A stretch of DNA of 64,000 nucleotides from a phage. Below the pieces are notes generated by a model that saw only the letters and a program-made list of their open reading frames with translations, did no database searches and was not told the origin of the DNA. Shown piece after piece: positions 61,708-64,000 of this stretch; position 1 is the stretch's first letter, and each line of letters opens with the position of its first letter. The position numbers were made by a program, and so were the translations under genes. Location: the sequence record PZ445439.1; one strand, given 5' to 3'.

Positions 61708-62704
61708 TTCAAGTGTTATCTATCGTGCGATAGTTACTTCAAAATTTAGAACAGAAAAAATGTTGAATTTTTATAATTCAATTGGAAGTGGTCCGGATAA
61801 AAACACTATCTTTATCACATTTGGAAGATCAGAACCGTGGTCATCAAATGAAAATGAGGTGGGCTTTGCCCCACCTTATCCAACCGATTCTGTATTAGGC
61901 GTAACTGACATGTGGACGCATATGATGGGAACAGTAAAGGTTCTTCCATCAATGCTTGATGCTGTTATTCCTCGCAGAGATTGGGGAGATACTAGATATC
62001 CGGATCCATACACATTTAGAATTAACGATATTGTAGTGTGTAACTCAGCTCCTTACAATGCTACTGAATCAGGCGCAGGCTGGTTAGTATATCGTTGTTT
62101 AGATGTTCCTGATACCGGAATGTGTTCAATAACATCTTTAACTGATAAGGATGAATGCCTTAAATTAGGTGGAAAATGGACACCTTCTGTTAGGTCAATG
62201 ACTCCTCCTGAAGGTCGAGGAGATGCTGAAGGAACAATTGAACCAGGAGATGGATATGTGTGGGAATATCTTTTTGAGATTCCGCCTGATGTATCTATAA
62301 ATAGATGCACGAATGAATATATCGTGGTTCCTTGGCCTGAGGAATTAAAAGAAAATCCGACTAGATGGGGATATGAAGATAATCTCACTTGGCAACAAGA
62401 CGATTTTGGATTAATTTATCGTGTTAAAGCTAATACAATTCGCTTTAAAGCATATTTAGACTCAGTTTATTTTCCTGAAGCTGCACTGCCAGGAAATAAA
62501 GGGTTTAGACAAATATCGATAATTACAAATCCTCTTGAAGCTAAAGCTCATCCAAATGATCCAAACGTTAAAGCTGAAAAGGACTATTATGATCCGGAAG
62601 ATTTAATGAGGCATTCCGGCGAAATGATTTATATGGAAAATAGGCCACCTATTATTATGGCAATGGATCAAACAGAAGAAATCAATATTCTGTTTACATT
62701 TTAA
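61700..62704 (+). CDS. 8: Baseplate wedge protein gp8
   Basis: 334 aa. Confidence 0.9.
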   Translation: MNDSSVIYRAIVTSKFRTEKMLNFYNSIGSGPDKNTIFITFGRSEPWSSNENEVGFAPPYPTDSVLGVTDMWTHMMGTVKVLPSMLDAVIPRRDWGDTRYPDPYTFRINDIVVCNSAPYNATESGAGWLVYRCLDVPDTGMCSITSLTDKDECLKLGGKWTPSVRSMTPPEGRGDAEGTIEPGDGYVWEYLFEIPPDVSINRCTNEYIVVPWPEELKENPTRWGYEDNLTWQQDDFGLIYRVKANTIRFKAYLDSVYFPEAALPGNKGFRQISIITNPLEAKAHPNDPNVKAEKDYYDPEDLMRHSGEMIYMENRPPIIMAMDQTEEINILFTF

Positions 62705-62709
62705 ATTGA

Positions 62710-62732
62710 GGGAGCCCATGGGCTCCCTTTTT
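62710..62732 (+). terminator. Intrinsic terminator after gene 8 (GGGAGCCC-AU-GGGCUCCC plus U-run)
   Basis: Perfect 8 bp stem followed by TTTTT. Confidence 0.65.
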
Positions 62733-62735
62733 CTT

Positions 62736-62743
62736 TATAAATA
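62736..62743 (+). promoter_or_regulatory. Late promoter TATAAATA for gene 9
   Basis: Exact TATAAATA about 25 nt upstream of gene 9 ATG. Confidence 0.7.
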
Positions 62744-62767
62744 CTATAAACTCATAAGGAAACCGCT

Positions 62768-63634
62768 ATGTTCATTCAAGAACCAAAGAAATTGATTGAT
62801 ACCGGCGAAATTGGTAACGCTTCTACTGGTGATATCTTATTCGACGGTGGTAATAAAATTAATAGTGATTTTAACGCAATTTATAATGCGTTTGGCGATC
62901 AACGTAAAATGGCAGTAGCAAATGGAACTGGAGCAGATGGCCAAATTATTCATGCTACTGGATATTATCAAAAACACTCTATTGCAGAGTACGCAACTCC
63001 AGTAAAAGTTGGCACTAGGCATGATATTGATACCTCTACTGTAGGTGTTAAAGTTATCATTGAAAGAGGCGAACTTGGCGACTGTGTTGAATTTATTAAC
63101 TCAAATGGATCTATATCAGTTACTAATCCTTTAACGATTCAAGCGATTGATTCAATTAAAGGTGTTTCGGGTAATTTAGTAGTAACTAGCCCATATAGTA
63201 AAGTTACTTTACGCTGTATTTCATCTGATAATTCTACTTCGGTTTGGAATTATTCTATTGAAAGTATGTTTGGACAAAAGGAATCACCAGCTGAAGGTAC
63301 ATGGAATATTTCTACATCCGGATCAGTTGATATTCCACTATTTCATCGCACTGAATACAATATGGCTAAATTGTTAGTTACATGCCAATCAGTAGATGGA
63401 AGAAAAATTAAAACAGCAGAAATAAATATTCTTGTGGATACTGTTAATTCAGAGGTAATTTCTTCTGAATATGCTGTCATGCGAGTTGGGAATGAAACCG
63501 AAGAAGACGAAATCGCTAATATTGCATTTAGTATTAAAGAAAATTATGTAACGGCGACTATAAGTTCTTCAACTGTCGGTATGAGAGCAGCAGTTAAAGT
63601 TATCGCTACGCAGAAAATCGGGGTGGCTCAATAA
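62768..63634 (+). CDS. 9: Baseplate wedge tail fiber connector gp9
   Basis: 288 aa. Confidence 0.9.
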   Translation: MFIQEPKKLIDTGEIGNASTGDILFDGGNKINSDFNAIYNAFGDQRKMAVANGTGADGQIIHATGYYQKHSIAEYATPVKVGTRHDIDTSTVGVKVIIERGELGDCVEFINSNGSISVTNPLTIQAIDSIKGVSGNLVVTSPYSKVTLRCISSDNSTSVWNYSIESMFGQKESPAEGTWNISTSGSVDIPLFHRTEYNMAKLLVTCQSVDGRKIKTAEINILVDTVNSEVISSEYAVMRVGNETEEDEIANIAFSIKENYVTATISSSTVGMRAAVKVIATQKIGVAQ

Positions 63635-64000
63635 TGAAACAAAATATTAATATCGGTAATGTTGTAGATGATGGTACCGGTGACTACCTGCGTAAAGGTG
63701 GTATAAAAATAAATGAAAACTTTGATGAGCTTTATTATGAACTCGGTGATGGTGATGTTCCATATTCAGCTGGTGCCTGGAAAACTTATAATGCTTCATC
63801 AGGACAAACATTAACAGCAGAATGGGGAAAATCATACGCTATTAATACATCTTCTGGAAGAGTGACTATAAATCTTCCAAAGGGTACAGTTAATGATTAC
63901 AACAAGGTAATTAGAGCTAGAGACGTATTTGCTACATGGAACGTCAACCCAGTTACACTAGTAGCTGCTTCCGGAGATACGATTAAAGGGTCTGCAGTAC
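63634..64000 (+). CDS. 10: Baseplate wedge protein gp10 (5' part, runs off window)
   Basis: Begins MKQNINIGNVVDDGTGDYLRKGG; open to window end. Confidence 0.88.
   Translation, partial: MKQNINIGNVVDDGTGDYLRKGGIKINENFDELYYELGDGDVPYSAGAWKTYNASSGQTLTAEWGKSYAINTSSGRVTINLPKGTVNDYNKVIRARDVFATWNVNPVTLVAASGDTIKGSAV

Overview
The window is a contiguous, AT-rich segment of a T4-like (T-even, Tevenvirinae) myophage genome, colinear with the T4 map from imm and gene 43 to the start of gene 10. The minus strand (1 to 53.4 kb) carries the early and middle genes: imm, DNA polymerase gp43, regA, clamp loader 62/44, clamp 45, rpbA, recombination nuclease 46/47, a-gt, late sigma gp55, anaerobic RNR nrdH-nrdG-nrdD, endonuclease VII, nrdC, a long run of small ORFs, rI, tk, regB, internal proteins, denV, lysozyme e, nudE, an eight-tRNA cluster split by segB, 57B/57A and genes 1, 3, 2, 4. 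The plus strand (53.5 to 64 kb) carries the late baseplate operon 53-5-5.1-5.4-6-7-8-9 and the start of 10. Gene names are assigned from protein motifs read in the ORF track plus recalled T4 gene order and protein lengths; no database search was possible. There is no CRISPR array, integrase, transposase or rRNA. The points most worth follow-up are: an uninterrupted nrdD (no group I intron); GIY-YIG seg-like ORFs wedged by ATGA overlaps between 45/rpbA and between 47/a-gt; a tightly coupled four-gene cassette of unknown function ending in a Pol-beta-type nucleotidyltransferase, next to an AAA+ ATPase; a four-member tandem paralog array; a macro-domain ORF; six ORFs carrying a capsid-targeting N-terminus; and short direct repeats bracketing accessory cassettes near the tRNA and ipI loci. 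Whether any of these is absent from described T-even genomes cannot be decided from memory, so each is framed as a hypothesis with a test.
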